Shown here in pieces: positions 13,213-26,813 of a stretch of DNA of 64,000 bases; within the stretch, counting starts at the first letter, position 1, and each line of letters begins with the position of its first letter. The stretch comes from Lepidodermella squamata (taxonomy: Eukaryota; Animalia; Gastrotricha): assembly GCA_047495785.1 (NCBI GenBank), contig JBLDXI010000007.1, positions 3,844,001-3,908,000 of the forward strand, written 5' to 3'. The position numbers and the translations under genes were made by a program. Under the pieces are notes generated by a model. The model saw nothing but the letters and a program-made list of their open reading frames with translations. It had not been told where the DNA came from and made no database searches.

Positions 13213-14432
13213 GATTATATTATTCAAAATTCTCCCCCGTTATGGTCATTTATATACCCGGCTGCTCGCTTGTTTTACGAACGTCACCATCAACGCACAG
13301 ACGTACCTATCAGTCCATCTGTCAATACAAGCGCCACAGACTACTTTCATTGGATTTAACAAAACTTGCGATTTTGGAGCATAATTGCGACACTCCTCAG
13401 GAATTAGAACACTTTTTAGCCGTAATTTCGGCTTGCATCACCTGAAGGACATTGCTACTCGACATCACTTAAGTTCGATTCAACATTCATAAGAACGCTA
13501 GATCTCAGTTTATCATTCCTAACTATTCACGTGATAGATGAATGTTGTGGCATTGAGGGACAACGTTCTAACTTCCTCGCTAGTTTAACCAATTAGAGGG
13601 TGAGCTTTTATGACATCGGGTTCACGTACACGTTGAATTTTGACAGTAATTTAATTTGTACGTTGAGAAACAAAATGAGAGCAACGTCATAAATTTTATT
13701 TTATTTTTGAACTTACGGCTGTGATGTAAGAGGAAATGTTATGTTGGGGCCCGACAACGAAAGGATTGTCAAGGAGTATTAAGTAATTCTGATGTGAAGT
13801 CTGCCTCTGACTCCTTGGGTGTCAATAAAATATTGCATAGCTTGAGCTTATAACGAGGTCATCTTTCAAGTTCTTCGGCAATGAGATCAGTAAATTGAAA
13901 TACGGCAGTGTGAAGACTTTGCGAAACGAAAACGAAAAGCTTTTTATTTTGTCCTTTTTTCCAGATGAATGATACCTAACGAAAATATACAGTTTGGAAG
14001 GGAATTTCGCAATATCGCATTTGCAGACCCCCTAGAAGAGTGAACGACGTAAAATTCCAATTACGCATGTTTTTTGCGCTGCACATTTTTTGAACGAATT
14101 AGAAACTTGAATTTAAATTGAAAGTCTATTCGTTTGTTGAAATTCACTTCTATGGTTTTCACGAATTATTTGGGCATCACTACCAAGATGCTGCTGTACT
14201 GAAAAACATTGACATGGCCTTCTGCTGTTACCTATTACCTTCCTTGATTCGCATAAGAATCTATCCTCGATGCAATAAGGTTCTCGATACCAAGTCTTAT
14301 GTTTATTAGTTGAACTCTGTTTTATCAATCACTTGACATGAATAACGTGAATAATAAGTTTGCCGGCAATTGCGAATCTCATCTAGGAGATAGTATCCAT
14401 TCGATCGTTGTAAGAAACACGCTTCGGATGCT

Positions 14433-17104
14433 TCACCCGCTGGATTTGCTTCGTGCCATTGTCACCTGTTTCAAATTACGAACGAGAAGTAGTGGAAATG
14501 AGGCTAGTGTGATTAAAGGAATATTACCAGCCAAGTCGTAAAATTTGAGCTCAACGGCCGTTTGGTTTACTTTCTGTTTCCTATTGCTATCCAGGCTACT
14601 GTTCGCGTCAACTGTGTAAGCATCTGGTCCAATGGATGTTCGCTGCTGGATCGTTCTCGCCACAGTTTTTGCAGTATCAACAACTCCCTTATTCAGACGT
14701 GAAAATACGATAATCTCCACCGCCACTGTCCCGCCGAAAATGACAAAAGATGTCAGACCGAAGTTGGAGTTTGGCTCATCCATTGAGAAACTAATTTACA
14801 TGAAAACAATTATTTCGGGAGCCTGTGAAAGTACTCTTACTTCAAGACAGTTGCAATTATCGAAACGACAGTGGTAACGTAAATGCATAAACCAATTTGG
14901 CGGGAGTCATTCAATTCTCCTATGGTAACGTTTCTCGTTGCGAAAGAGACAAAACTTCCGAACATCAGAGCTAAACCCTGGAGGTCAAAGTAGCTGAAGT
15001 TAGTATTCTGATCTCTCGTAAATTTACCTGAAAGGCAGCAGCCACATAGAATAGCTCATTCACATGGGCTGAGCTGCATTTGTTGACGATGCGCTGCGTA
15101 AGGGTATCAATTTCCGGTTGTTGAATCGTCGTCACAGTGGTGACAACTTTCAAGGGTTCAAGGAAGAACCAAATTGATATGATGGCCATGTTCACAAGCG
15201 TCCAAATGGCAATTCCAGTTAGAAGCTGCCAGTCTTGAATAGAGAAATGCTGTCTCACTCGAGTGAAAATGAGGAAAATTCTGAAAGATTTCGCGAAAAG
15301 TCCCCCGAATAGAGTGCAGAAGCCGAACAGCAGGAGGGTTGATCTGGTCATGCAAAACCCCGCAATCAAGCTCTCAGAATTCGTCGCGGAGAATGGCAGG
15401 CTCAAATGGATAGAGGCACAGCCGACAAGCATCAGAAGCACAATCTGTTAGGTTACTTGTGAAACCGAGCATATAAAAGAACAAAATTGATCATACCTTA
15501 GGTGACAACATGCGAATCTGTGGCTCTTTCATCTTTTTCAATATTGTCACGGAATAAGTTATTGCTGAAGCTATTCCAAGCCCAGCTAAAATGCATACAG
15601 CCATGTACAGACCACCTGAAACTTGAAGAATGTTAACAACTCGGATGACAGTATCTAAAGGAGGCCGATTTCCCGGTGTCCGCCACTTGATGTCGCCCTC
15701 TTTGTACACAGACAACCCGGTAGATTGTGTGTACCAGAAAACAGCCTCTCGCGTGTTGTTGAAATCGCGGAACATTGAAATGTAGTTGAAAATCGGCTCA
15801 TTGGTCACATTGTCGAAACGATATTGGCCTTTGAAGCCGAAAAACTTCAGCTGGCGGATTTTCTCCACGTATATCTGCGCGATCATGCTCTGGTTCTCTG
15901 AAGAGAGTTTTTGAAACGATCCTAGCCTGAATTCTGGTGGTAACTTTCGCCTAATCAAGTCTTCTTCGGTTAAATTGAGCCCTAAAGCTGCAACAACGAC
16001 GTTGTCGTAGCAAACTGGGCTGTACATGAGGCTAGCGTCGGAAATCGTGATATTGGACTCGTCGAAAACATTTCTCTTCATCTCGTTGTTGACTTCCCTC
16101 AAAGTGCGGTTAACCGCTGGAATTCGGTAATTCGGATCTCCGTCCGGGAATTCTCCAACGTAGAACATGCCATCGAAGACATCGTCCAGCTGCTCAAGTG
16201 TGCAATCCGTGGTCCGCCAAACTTCTTCAGGACGCCACCAGTACGACATGAGGTAAGCCACGTTGATCCAAACATACTTTGGCCCATGCATTCCCAGCTT
16301 GTATGCTTGGCATCCTGCATCCGCAGCAGTCAATATATAGTTTTGACTGAAGGCGAAGAAAATGATGCGGGCATCTTCAGCCTTCAAACGTTCCAGTGAT
16401 TCCTTTGCAGAATCGAGCCAGCTTTCAACGCGTGGGACAGATACATTATTATGCCGCAGATAGGCGACAAGAGCCTGTTCATCCTCTAGGAATCCCAAGC
16501 TAGATCGACCTGTTTGGTAAAGCGCGAACACTCGTTTCCAGCCGAATTGGCGCAAGAATGCTAGTCTAGCCGGGTTGTATTCAGCCATGCCTGGCTCGAG
16601 GCGGAAGAAGTTAGAATACGCGTTCTCCAGGCTTGACATTCGTTTCTCCTTCGGAGCACTGCCGCATCCGTATGCTATCTGCACGGCATTGCGCATTTTA
16701 GCGACAGGGGCTACTACCTCGCACTCTGCGCCACAAATCGGTCCGATGAGGGCAAGAGCTGGTGGCAGGCCGTCTTTTCGATTTTTGTCAATCATCGCCA
16801 TCATAGCGTTGACAGTTAGAGGCTCGCTGCATTCAGTATTTGCCCAAGTAAAAGCTAGCTCGTAATCAGGCAGGACTTGGCCGTTTCGGTTGATGTCCCG
16901 AACTGCCATCTCAGACGCTCTCAAGCAAAGCTGTTCCGATGGCAAGCTGCCGAACAGAAGGTAGAAGCCGCCAATGGAGACTTTCGGCTTTCCAGGGTTT
17001 GAAGCTGCTATTCCTGCGATCAATGAAGAGAAGAATACGAGAACTGCAGACAGGAACTGTGGGTTATGAGACATAGAAAGGTGCGATGCTAATTTTCCAA
17101 ACAT
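14433..17104 (-). CDS. Class C GPCR, GABA-B receptor-like (Venus flytrap domain plus 7TM, no cysteine-rich domain)
   Basis: Exons 17104-15497, 15444-15027, 14977-14841, 14790-about 14433. Motifs AVRDINRNGQVLPDYEL, FLRQFGWKRV, DARIIF, MHGPKYVW, FGGLFAKSFRI, TRNVTIGELNDSRQIGLCIY. The 3' end is uncertain. Confidence 0.88.
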
Positions 17105-18821
17105 CTTAGCTCTATATTTCTATATTATTGTATTTCTCTTTCGAATAGTCGAGATGCTACAAGTTCAATTAAGACATTTCAGTGTATTTCAGTCGATTAG
17201 CTCATTTTTGTTTTGATCTGCATTCACAAGAACGTTAATTTCGAGATGGATTCCCGTCATCCTGGAAATGTCTACGACATCATTCCGCCCATGCATCAAC
17301 ATAAAGCCCAGCATCGATTTCAAGCTGTAAATACTTTTTCATTAGATTTGAAAGCATGCAAAATCACGAGTGAAATGTTTCCATTAGCCCTCCGAAGCTT
17401 TAGAAATTCTTTGAATACAGGTTAGGTGGGCTGCCGAATTTCGTTTCAACGTCTTTTAAGTGAATTTCGCCACGTTTTTAAGAGAATCAAAATGACAATC
17501 CACCAGCTCCAGGTGTATAATGACGCATAAAAGCCGGCATATTAAAACCTCGTGAATTCACACGCTCCTCTTACCCTAGCTACAAAACGCAACAGTGACG
17601 CATTTTGAAACAATTTTATTCCTTCGTTTCCTTCTTTCATGTTTTTCTTTCCATTTCTGCCAAGATGTATTAACAAATAATAGCAATTAAATATTATTAT
17701 TAGTCATCATCGTAATTTTAATAATTATAATAACACAAATATCCACAGTTTCGAAGAAAAATTGTGGCATTTCTATATCAGGAAAATTTCGCTTTTCATA
17801 CAAGAACGAACGGATGGACAAACAATTGAACAAAAAAGAGAAACACATAGAATTTTCCGGACAATAGTATATAATATTCTCCAATTAGTTGATTACATCG
17901 ATTTATGAAGAGCTATAATTTAATTTCATCACCACTCGCGTCCTCATTTTATTCATCATCATCCCGTTTCGAATCTAAGATTAGCATCGATGAAATTACA
18001 GGATAAATGATTATAGAAAGAATAATTATAATAATAATGGTAGTATGATGAAGGAACAAAATTGGCGTATAACAATTGAATTTTTCAATTCCGCATAAAG
18101 CCAACATATTTGGAATTTTTCATCAACGCAATATTTATATTAATAATAATAATATATAACCAAGAGCCAGCAGTGTTCCGAATCGAAGAAGATCGTTTAA
18201 ATCAGGTGTATAAATCCGAAAATGCCTCATTTAGAGCACCTCAGAGCTTGGATTCAAATAACAATAAGGGTAATTGAGAGCGAGAGAGGACGTGGAACAA
18301 GATGATGATATACGAACAACCTCGAGCCACACCGGAGAAACTAATCAATTATTATACCTTTGAATCAACTCGAGATGTTGTTGTTTTATCATATCAAAAA
18401 AATCAAGGCAAAATTATCAACGTTTTCGTTTCGAGTTTCGATTATAATGCGACAAAAAAGTGGCCAGGCCACGGATATTATTCTGCTTTTTTCTACCACG
18501 AAATAAGAGAGACGAGAAGCCATCGAAAGGCACAGAAAAAATTCTTAAAAACTAACGACAAAAAATTGCAATTTTTAGTAATTATTATGTACATTTTTCC
18601 GCCATAGCTTTTTTGTTCAAGTGTTGTCATCAAAAGCAACAATTACCCGCCCATATATATTTGTTTGGTTCTTCGACAGGCGGCGATATCCAAATTCCGA
18701 AACCTAGCAGCACAACCATTTCCAGCCGAACATTCGCACGGTCTATTCTTCTTGTAGAATCGGGGAGAAAAGAAAAAGGAGAGTCGGTATAAAAAGTGGG
18801 ATGGGTGGGTCGGTCAGTCTT

Positions 18822-21800
18822 TCATTCATTTGCAGCGGTCTTTTCGTCCAGCGAGCTCGCAGCCATTTGTTCGACTATTAGCTGGGTAGCTGCTGGTTTT
18901 GATGCTGGTGTTTCACCGTTGGTCGCTGTGCTCGGGTCTGAAGTTGTGGTTGTTGTTGTTGTCGTCGATGTGACGACGGGCAGCTGTTGAGATGGTGCTG
19001 GCACGGGGGCAGTCGGAGGGGCTGTAGATTGCAAAGGCTGAGCAGTTTCCTGAAATTAAAATAGAAAATTAGCATGTTACACAATGAACCCTCAGGCGCA
19101 ATCGAAATTCAAACCCAAATTCAAAAAATGTCGCCTCATTTCATGATTATATTAGTTCGGGTCTCATCATTTTTGAGATATCCCTGTCCTTAAAAACGAC
19201 CAAATATTGCAAATTTGACGGGGGAAATTTCTATTTTTTCCAGGTGTTTTCATCTTCTTACGCCTAAGATTACGCTTTCCCAGAAAAAAGAGCCCTCTGT
19301 TCTGGTTGGATCAAAGTTTTGGCGAAAAATACAACAATTTTTGGCAAAAACGTCATAAATTACACCATTCAATGGGACGAAGACAACTTTTCCCAAAATA
19401 ATGAACCAATTGGAGGGTCAGCTATTGATCCAGAAAATTGCGTTAATTGTCTCTCAATTACACTCAGAATTTAAGATCTACCTTTGGGATGCTAGTTCCA
19501 TCGATCTTTTTCGCATATAAGAAAGATAATTTTAGATTGAGAGCTACCTGTATGTCCTATCCCTGAACCTCGAAAGCCACTTAACTTGTTCTCATTGCCA
19601 AAATCGGGCCTAATCTACCTCTGAGCTTCAAGCTTTAAAAAAATACTAATTACAATAACAATCGCGGAATTCTTATCACTTTAAAAATGAATCAAGTTGT
19701 CCCTGTAATAGATTCAAGCATAGCTCATTGGGCTTTTATTCATTCACTTATTCATTTCAATAGACAAGAAAACTAAACCTCATTGTTATCTCGTTGCTAT
19801 CTATTTTTGAGAAGCGACGATTCATAGCGGCAATTTCTCGCGCTTTCAATGAATCAGCAATCCAAACACTAGCTTTATCAAAGGTCGTAAAAAAGATGGA
19901 AAACCCAGATTTAGAAATCCCCAAAAAACCAACGTACCACTCCACATTTGGTCATTTGAATTTAAAGCCAATTTTTTCAATTTTTTCTTGATAAATTGAA
20001 GTAAAGATGTATACTGACCTGGACACCCGTGGCAGCAGCGTGGCCGCCCTCGTGCACCTCGCAGCCGCAGAGCTGGAGCGCCCACCGCAGCCACGTGCGC
20101 ATGTCGACGTCGGCGCTGGCGGCGTTCACGAGGAACGGGTGCTGCAGCAGCTTGTCGTATTTCGGCCGCTGGTAGTAGTCCTTGCGCAGGCACGTCGCCA
20201 CGAAGTCGCAGATGTCGGCGCTGAAGCCGTCGGCGGGCAGGGACGGCGCCTCGCCGTGCACCACCTTCGACAGCTGCTCGAACACGTTCTGCCACTTCGG
20301 GTACGGGTGCTGGCCGATGGCGATTTCCACGACCGTGATGCCGAGCGACCACACGTCCGACTGCACGCCGTAGCCCGCCTCAGATCGCTGCTCGGGGTTT
20401 ATGCGTTCCGGCTGTTCACAACACAACAACAAATTATTGCCAATATAATTCAAATTATCATCACAATGCGAAAAAAATAACCGCAGGCTACAATCTACAG
20501 ACTCTAAATGCGCTTGTAAATTTCAATAATGATAAGAGATAGGCTATGCTTATCAAATAAATTGGATAAATTATTGCTCATTACAAATTATATTGAGAAA
20601 TTCGATTTGAAATAATTCCGATAAATTATTCATAAAAACATGAAATTTTCAAATTTTGAGACCACAGAGCTTAAAGGATAGCATAAATATGAAAATTGCG
20701 TAAAAAAACAGCCCTTTCAAAATTGAAGCTGCATGTTGGTTTACAATCGAGCGTTTTGAAAAATCCTTAGGGCAGATCAAGGTCTTGCGAATTTGAGAAA
20801 TGAACCTATTTTCATTTCATTCCTAATTCATAGCTGATCCTTGGATTTAAAATAATCCGTCAAAACTGAAGCATTTTGCCTAGCACGACCGCAGTCCGGT
20901 TTAAACAACTTTTCGTGACGAGTTTTTCGCAATTTCCGTGAAGTTTAGAAAATGAACTAACCGCCATGTAGGGCTTGCAGCCGACGTCTTGCGTCTTCGC
21001 CAGCGAGTTCTGCAGCTTGCCCGAGATGCCGTAGTCGCACATTTTAATCTCACCATCGCAGTTGGCCAGGATGTTCGACGGCTTCACGTCGCGGTGCACG
21101 ACACCGAGTTGCTTGTGCAGGTAGTGCAGCGCCGACACGACCGAGTACGCGATCTTGCCCAGGTAGTCCTCCGTCACGCGCTGCCCGGCCTTGTAAATCG
21201 GCGGGTACAGCCGGTCGAGGCTCACGTCCATCAGCTCCATGCAGATCCAGATGTCGCCCTCCGCGACCAGGTAGCCGTAGAAGCGCACGCAGTACGGCGA
21301 CTGCGCCGACATGGACACCTTCACGTCCGTGATTGCCCGTTTCGCCTCCGTTTTGTCGATTGTCAGAGGTATTTTCTACAATCACAAACAGAAAATTCAA
21401 TTACAAATCTATCTTAGAGCTTTCTTCTGAAATTTTAACCGACGAAACCGAGGAAATAAACTAAAATTGCCATTAAAATCTAGATTTATGGATTTTCTAC
21501 TGAAAGATGAAAACGGTTTCTTGAAATTAAGCTTTCTGTCCATCAAAGATACATTTCATTGCTAATCGGTATCAAAATAGGCGGATGTATTCGTTTTCTT
21601 CATCTGGAATCTTTTTAGACAGCATTTTTCAGGAAACCCCAGTCATTTTAAATCATTTTCCTGTTTCACGTGTTCATCATTTCATCTTATCTATTATCCA
21701 TCTTAGTTTCCGTTCATTCTTAGACAGAACACTTTTTGTAAAAGAGACGAGTCGAAAAATGGCATGAGTCGCAGCTTTACAGACTGAACGGCTTTGCCTA

Positions 21801-22732
21801 TCTAGAGCAGTCACGTTCAAGCCAAAAAAATGAGCCGAATCAACTGTTAACACACAGTGTTAACGTAAAAAATGTATTTGCTTACAAGAAACCTGCAATA
21901 AACCACGTTCAACAACGCTGTATTTGTTGTTCTGGGCACGGTTTTATGGAGAGCGAGAAAATGTGGACAATTCTCGAGGTTTGACGCAGGTGAGATTAGA
22001 GAAAAACAAGCGGCCACGTGGTTGCCACGAGTTACCGAACAAAACACGGGTTTTTTCTGCTCTTAATCGTTTTGACGCGGCTCAGTAGCATCAAAACAAC
22101 ACGCAAAGATAGCAATTATTATTTAGCTAATAGATGGCGAGGGTGTGCAAAAGTACTAAGAAAGCACTCTTATCGATTAGTCTCGAGTTGGCCGTCTCAT
22201 AAAAAGTCAGATAAGAGGCTGCTGCAAATGGTGAAGACAAACAAACATAGCCACGATTATTCCCAGGTAAAGGTATATCATAGCTGTAAACAGACACGCC
22301 CAATATATAAGTGTGTGACGCCTCGCTTTTTCGTGCGAGCGACACGGATCAAAAACGCTACATCATCACTTAGGCAAACAGCGGCTGATGATTATTCGCA
22401 AGTAAACAACGTACCTTTATTGCAACTATTGCATTGCTAGGCGCATGCCGCACCCGGCTTACGATGCCGTACTGACCGCGGCCGATGTTGACCTGGTCCT
22501 GAAAGTCTTGCACGTTGATTTCATACTTCTTGCCGTTAATTGTCATTTCACGGCATTCCAAATTTACGTCCGCAGCCGCTTGCCTAAATACGAGGAAAGC
22601 CGGATTGTGATTGATAGCGTTACGAACATCTGGAACTTACTGAATGACTGAATTGGGAGTTTCTACATTTTTGGTAATCGTTATCTTTGCATGCGGCTTC
22701 TTCCCAGCTATTCCTGTTTTCCTCAACGCCAT
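18822..22732 (-). CDS. MAP2K6: MAP kinase kinase of the MKK3/MKK6 (p38 pathway) family
   Basis: Exons 22732-22641, 22583-22415, 21375-20962, 20411-20019, 19049-18822. Motifs GRGQYGIV, WICMELMD, HRDVKPSNIL and CDYGISGKLQNSLAKTQDVGCKPYMAPERINPE. The symbol is family-level (MKK3 vs MKK6 not resolved). Confidence 0.9.
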
Positions 22733-24067
22733 GGGAGCTGTAAATGATACAAAAAACAATGATTATTTATTAATCCGTCATCGGTAACTGAACATAAGAG
22801 CTACTGAAAGCTGACTTCATGATACGAGATAATAGATTGGCGGTTGAAAAGAAAGGACTTCATGCGATAAGACCGAAAATCGGCCAATGGTGTTTCGTAA
22901 TTTCAAAAGAGCTCTTGAATCTCTATCGACTAGAGAAAAATTCCAATCCTGCTGTTTGAGACGAAAGGTCTTTGCATGCCGAAACACCGCTGGGTCAATA
23001 TTTAATCTTATCGCAAAGGTATTGAATTGAACGATTGAATTTAGCGAACAGACAGCCAAGATTTAGGTATAAATGTAAACGGATCAACGGAAAGCTCGGC
23101 GAGATCGAGGGCATCTGAAAGCACATGCTCCATACTCGGCGTGGTTGGTTGTTACAAATATCTTTCACAACTCTCTATATTCCAGTTTCCAGTGCATGGA
23201 ACTGTTTTTAGCATAGTCATGTCAAGCAACGAGTAACGAGTGATTGGTCGAATGGAGGCCTGTACCTCGCTCATAAACTGATAAAACGGGATTGAAGCCC
23301 AGGACGGAGCAGTGATGGCCCCAAGGTGTGACAAGTCTTGCAGGTAACCGGCGAAAACCCTTGTCCTTATGAAGTTTCGAATCTACAATTCTCCTGAATA
23401 CATCCATTTAGCCCCATCTTGCTTCGCCGATACAAAAACCCGCGGCGCCGTCTTTAGCAGGGTGATGTAATCATTGCAAGGTTTCTAAGCTTCTAAGTTA
23501 ATTTCCTTCGCCTCCTGGTCCTTGTCTAGCACTGTCATCAAATTATAATTGGCTGATTCGTAGCTATGAACTATACCAGCAATAAAAAATCGAAACAAGC
23601 CATTTGATGACAATAATGAAGCTTTCCGAACGCTGGAACCAGATATTAGAAGGTGAAACGATAGCTTTCCACGAGTTCCGGCATCTCCAATACCGTCATC
23701 GAAGTTCAGGAGTGTATATTTAATAACACCATTAGAGAATTCCAGTTAGGCTCTCGCTTTGAGCAACATCATTTGATTTCATGAAGTCAGATTCGAGTAA
23801 CTCATTAACCTAAACGACTAATTAGGCTAGATTCTTACCTGCCATTAATGAAGTTCGATATCCACCATTACAAGAGTAACGCACAAAATTAACATAGCGT
23901 AACAAAATACTCGCGATCACCTGAGACAACAAAAGGTTTTCTTTCTCCAGCGGCCGCTCTCGCTTAGAGCAGGTGACTAAGTTCAAAAAAAGTTGATTTT
24001 TGTCAGACTACACAATGTCTTTTAATTGAAATTACAATGGTGTAATTTTGAATATTTTTGAAGGTTA

Positions 24068-24083
24068 GCGCGGGAAATTTAAA
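24068..24083. promoter_or_regulatory. E2F/CHR-like element in the divergent MKK/METTL22 promoter region
   Basis: GCGCGGGAAATTTAAA is an E2F core (GCGGGAAA) directly next to a CHR-like TTTAAA. Confidence 0.3.
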
Positions 24084-25466
24084 AATTTGACTCGCAGCAA
24101 CCGCAGCAGCCGCAGCAAGGCGAAGTTGTGCGAAGTTGTGCCCTCTTCCCGCACTCACATCCTGACCTAGCCTGAATGCTCAGTGCTCAACTTCCTCCCT
24201 ATGTTCGCTTATACTCCTAAACATGGTTCTTTCTACGTCTGCAATCGCCTCTCGCTTTGTAAATTTGGATATCCGTACAATTGTAGTTGCATGCTTCTAT
24301 GTATGAATATATGTATATCCAGTATGAGTAGTTGTGATATTTAACCTGCCCCGCCCACCTCCGCTCCTCTCTCGCACCGTCCACGACGAGCGAGTTATCT
24401 CCGCCGCCGGAGAAATTTGTATATTTGTAATTAGATGATTTTAAGTATAAAGATTTCAGAATAAATTGGTTTTTCGTTTTTCGTTTCGTTTTCGTGCGCC
24501 ATCGACTGCGCGCTCATGGCACCTGCCTTTTATCTCAAGGTTTTTGACTGATGTGATGCGACTGTCAATTTCGAGCTTCTGACATGGATACGCCCGCAGC
24601 CAACGCTTTAGGTCGTAGGCGTGGGCGGTCATACTCCTCTATTGGTCGGAATGCTCAGAGGAACCAACAACTTCATCGTTTGTCGTCATCCTTCATCCTC
24701 AGTCACACCCGGTTATACCCGATTCAGCAGAAGGGCTTTTCAGCCAGCTCAGTCCTCTTGTATGCTTGTCGGACTAGCCATTAGACACTACACCAACCTT
24801 ATGGTAATAGGTATCTTTGAGCCGTTCACGGCGCCAGGCTTGTCAGTTGTCAGTACCCTACCCTGCTTCATCCTCGACGTGGTTTTTCTGTGTACTTTCT
24901 GGTTGACTTTCTACAGTTACCTGAGGTCTGCAAGGGGCGGCCGACGTCAAAAACCGCACGCTGAAAGATATGTTTAGTAACTCCAAGTAACTTGGTGATT
25001 TAAGATTGTAATAGGTATCTTGAGTCTTGAATGACATATGACATTATGATCAAGTCGTCGATGCCCTGCGTATACCCCTCGAATTGATGCCATGGCCTGA
25101 TTATGGAAGCGTCAATACTTAGTTCTCTGAATGGACGTGGCGGTTCCACTTTTTGCCGATTTTTGCCTTAACCTTCTTCAATTTTTGCATTTTGATTTTT
25201 GATGTTAGATTCATTTGCTTCACCGTTGTTGATCCCTTGAGCAGTGATTTCAACAGTCTTTTACGAGGCATGTTCATCGCTTTCTCACCTTAATTTTATA
25301 ACGTAAAAATTGTGCTTCATTTCTCTTCTTGAACTTGAAAATCAATCAGCTTTGGAAAAATTATCAGCTTATTTATTACTTAGTACACTGATCAAAGAAG
25401 TGCATATAATCAGGTCTCATCATTTGACATGTTAAATTGACCTGGAATTAGTTTTTAATTTTTTAC

Positions 25467-26506
25467 ATGGAGCCCGATGAACTATGTTTATCAGAGGTTC
25501 ACATCAGTCTGAAGCATCAACCAGTCGATGACGTTTCTATTCTACTGGACGAAGGCCTCTTCCCGCAAAAGTATGACAGTCAGTCTTGATTAAACAAACC
25601 AGAAATATTTGCATAAAACTGTACTACATCTCGATAGACGCCGTTAGTGAGTTCAAATTCACGTGTCCCGCTTGGGAAGCCGAGCTAGATGAAGACGGTG
25701 ACTTGGCAATTGTTCTGACGAAAGTCGACTGCGTGGTCAAGATCGAGCACTGTTTATCGACTCAACTGCGCGACGTCGGCCTTCAAATCTGGCCCGCAGC
25801 ATTATTGCTAACAGATTACTTGATAGACAACGCACAACTATTGCGAAATTCCATCGTATTGGAGCTTGGTGCCGGAGTTGGTTTGGCAAGTGTTGTAGCT
25901 GGTTACCTCGCGAGACAAGTTTTTGCCACAGGTCAGATTTGCATCAAGCTTTCAAGTTTTTATAATGAAAATTAATCGCAGATATAGGAAAATCGACGGT
26001 CGCTTTGCTCGAAAGTAACATCAACAAGAACCTGAAGCCGGGTAATGATGTCAGACCACGATGGCTGGATTGGAACGACAGTTTAGTTGAGAATGGTTTG
26101 CATCAAACGAATGTTATCGAGAATAATTTGAGTATTAATTTTAGATTTATCTCGACCATACCGACTCCAAGACGATGAAACAAACGCTTTATTGAACGAT
26201 TGCAATTTCATACTGGCTGCGGACGTTATCTACGATTTAGATGCGATTGATGTACTGTTCAATTTTTTGTCGAACTTTAAAAAATTATCAAAAAATGACC
26301 GCGTGATAACTGTTTGGATGGCCTTGGAGCGCCGATTAAATTTCACACTGGAGGATATGGACGTATCGTGCCCAGCTCATAAACACTTTTTATCATGCCT
26401 TGATCAATCTAATTTTAATTATCGGCAAATAAATGTTACGTCGATTGGAAGCCATCTGCTTTACAACCGCAGTGATTATATGGAAATGTGGGAAATCAGT
26501 CTATGA
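25467..26506 (+). CDS. METTL22: Methyltransferase-like 22 (Methyltransf_16 family protein lysine methyltransferase)
   Basis: Multi-exon. Motifs LSEVHI, DEDGDL, IEHCLSTQLRDVGLQIWPAALLLTDY, VLELGAGVGL, ILAADVIY, LERRLNFTL. AATAAA at 26512. Confidence 0.85.
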
Positions 26507-26813
26507 TTCTCAATAAAGACTGCTTTTATTCTGACTTCTTTTCCCGCAAATGTGCGTTATTTTTGCCCGGCGGTTGTGCTCCAGTGAACCATCAATCAAA
26601 TGCCGGTGTTAATGAAGGCAAGAACCGCTGATTCGATATCGCAGACAAGTGCGTCATGCTGATATGCACCTTCATCGTAAAATCGTGCATTACGAATATT
26701 TCCATTATTTGTTGTTTACGTTTTGCGTGTGCAAGGCCCGACACGCCGAGTAGAATGCAGAATCGCTTTAGGTAGTGCTAACTCATTATTTCCTGTATAA
26801 CGCCTCGAAATTT

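Noticed and set aside
23150-23780. Coding-like minus-strand sequence upstream of the first MKK coding exon
   Set aside because: Multiple stops and no recognisable family.
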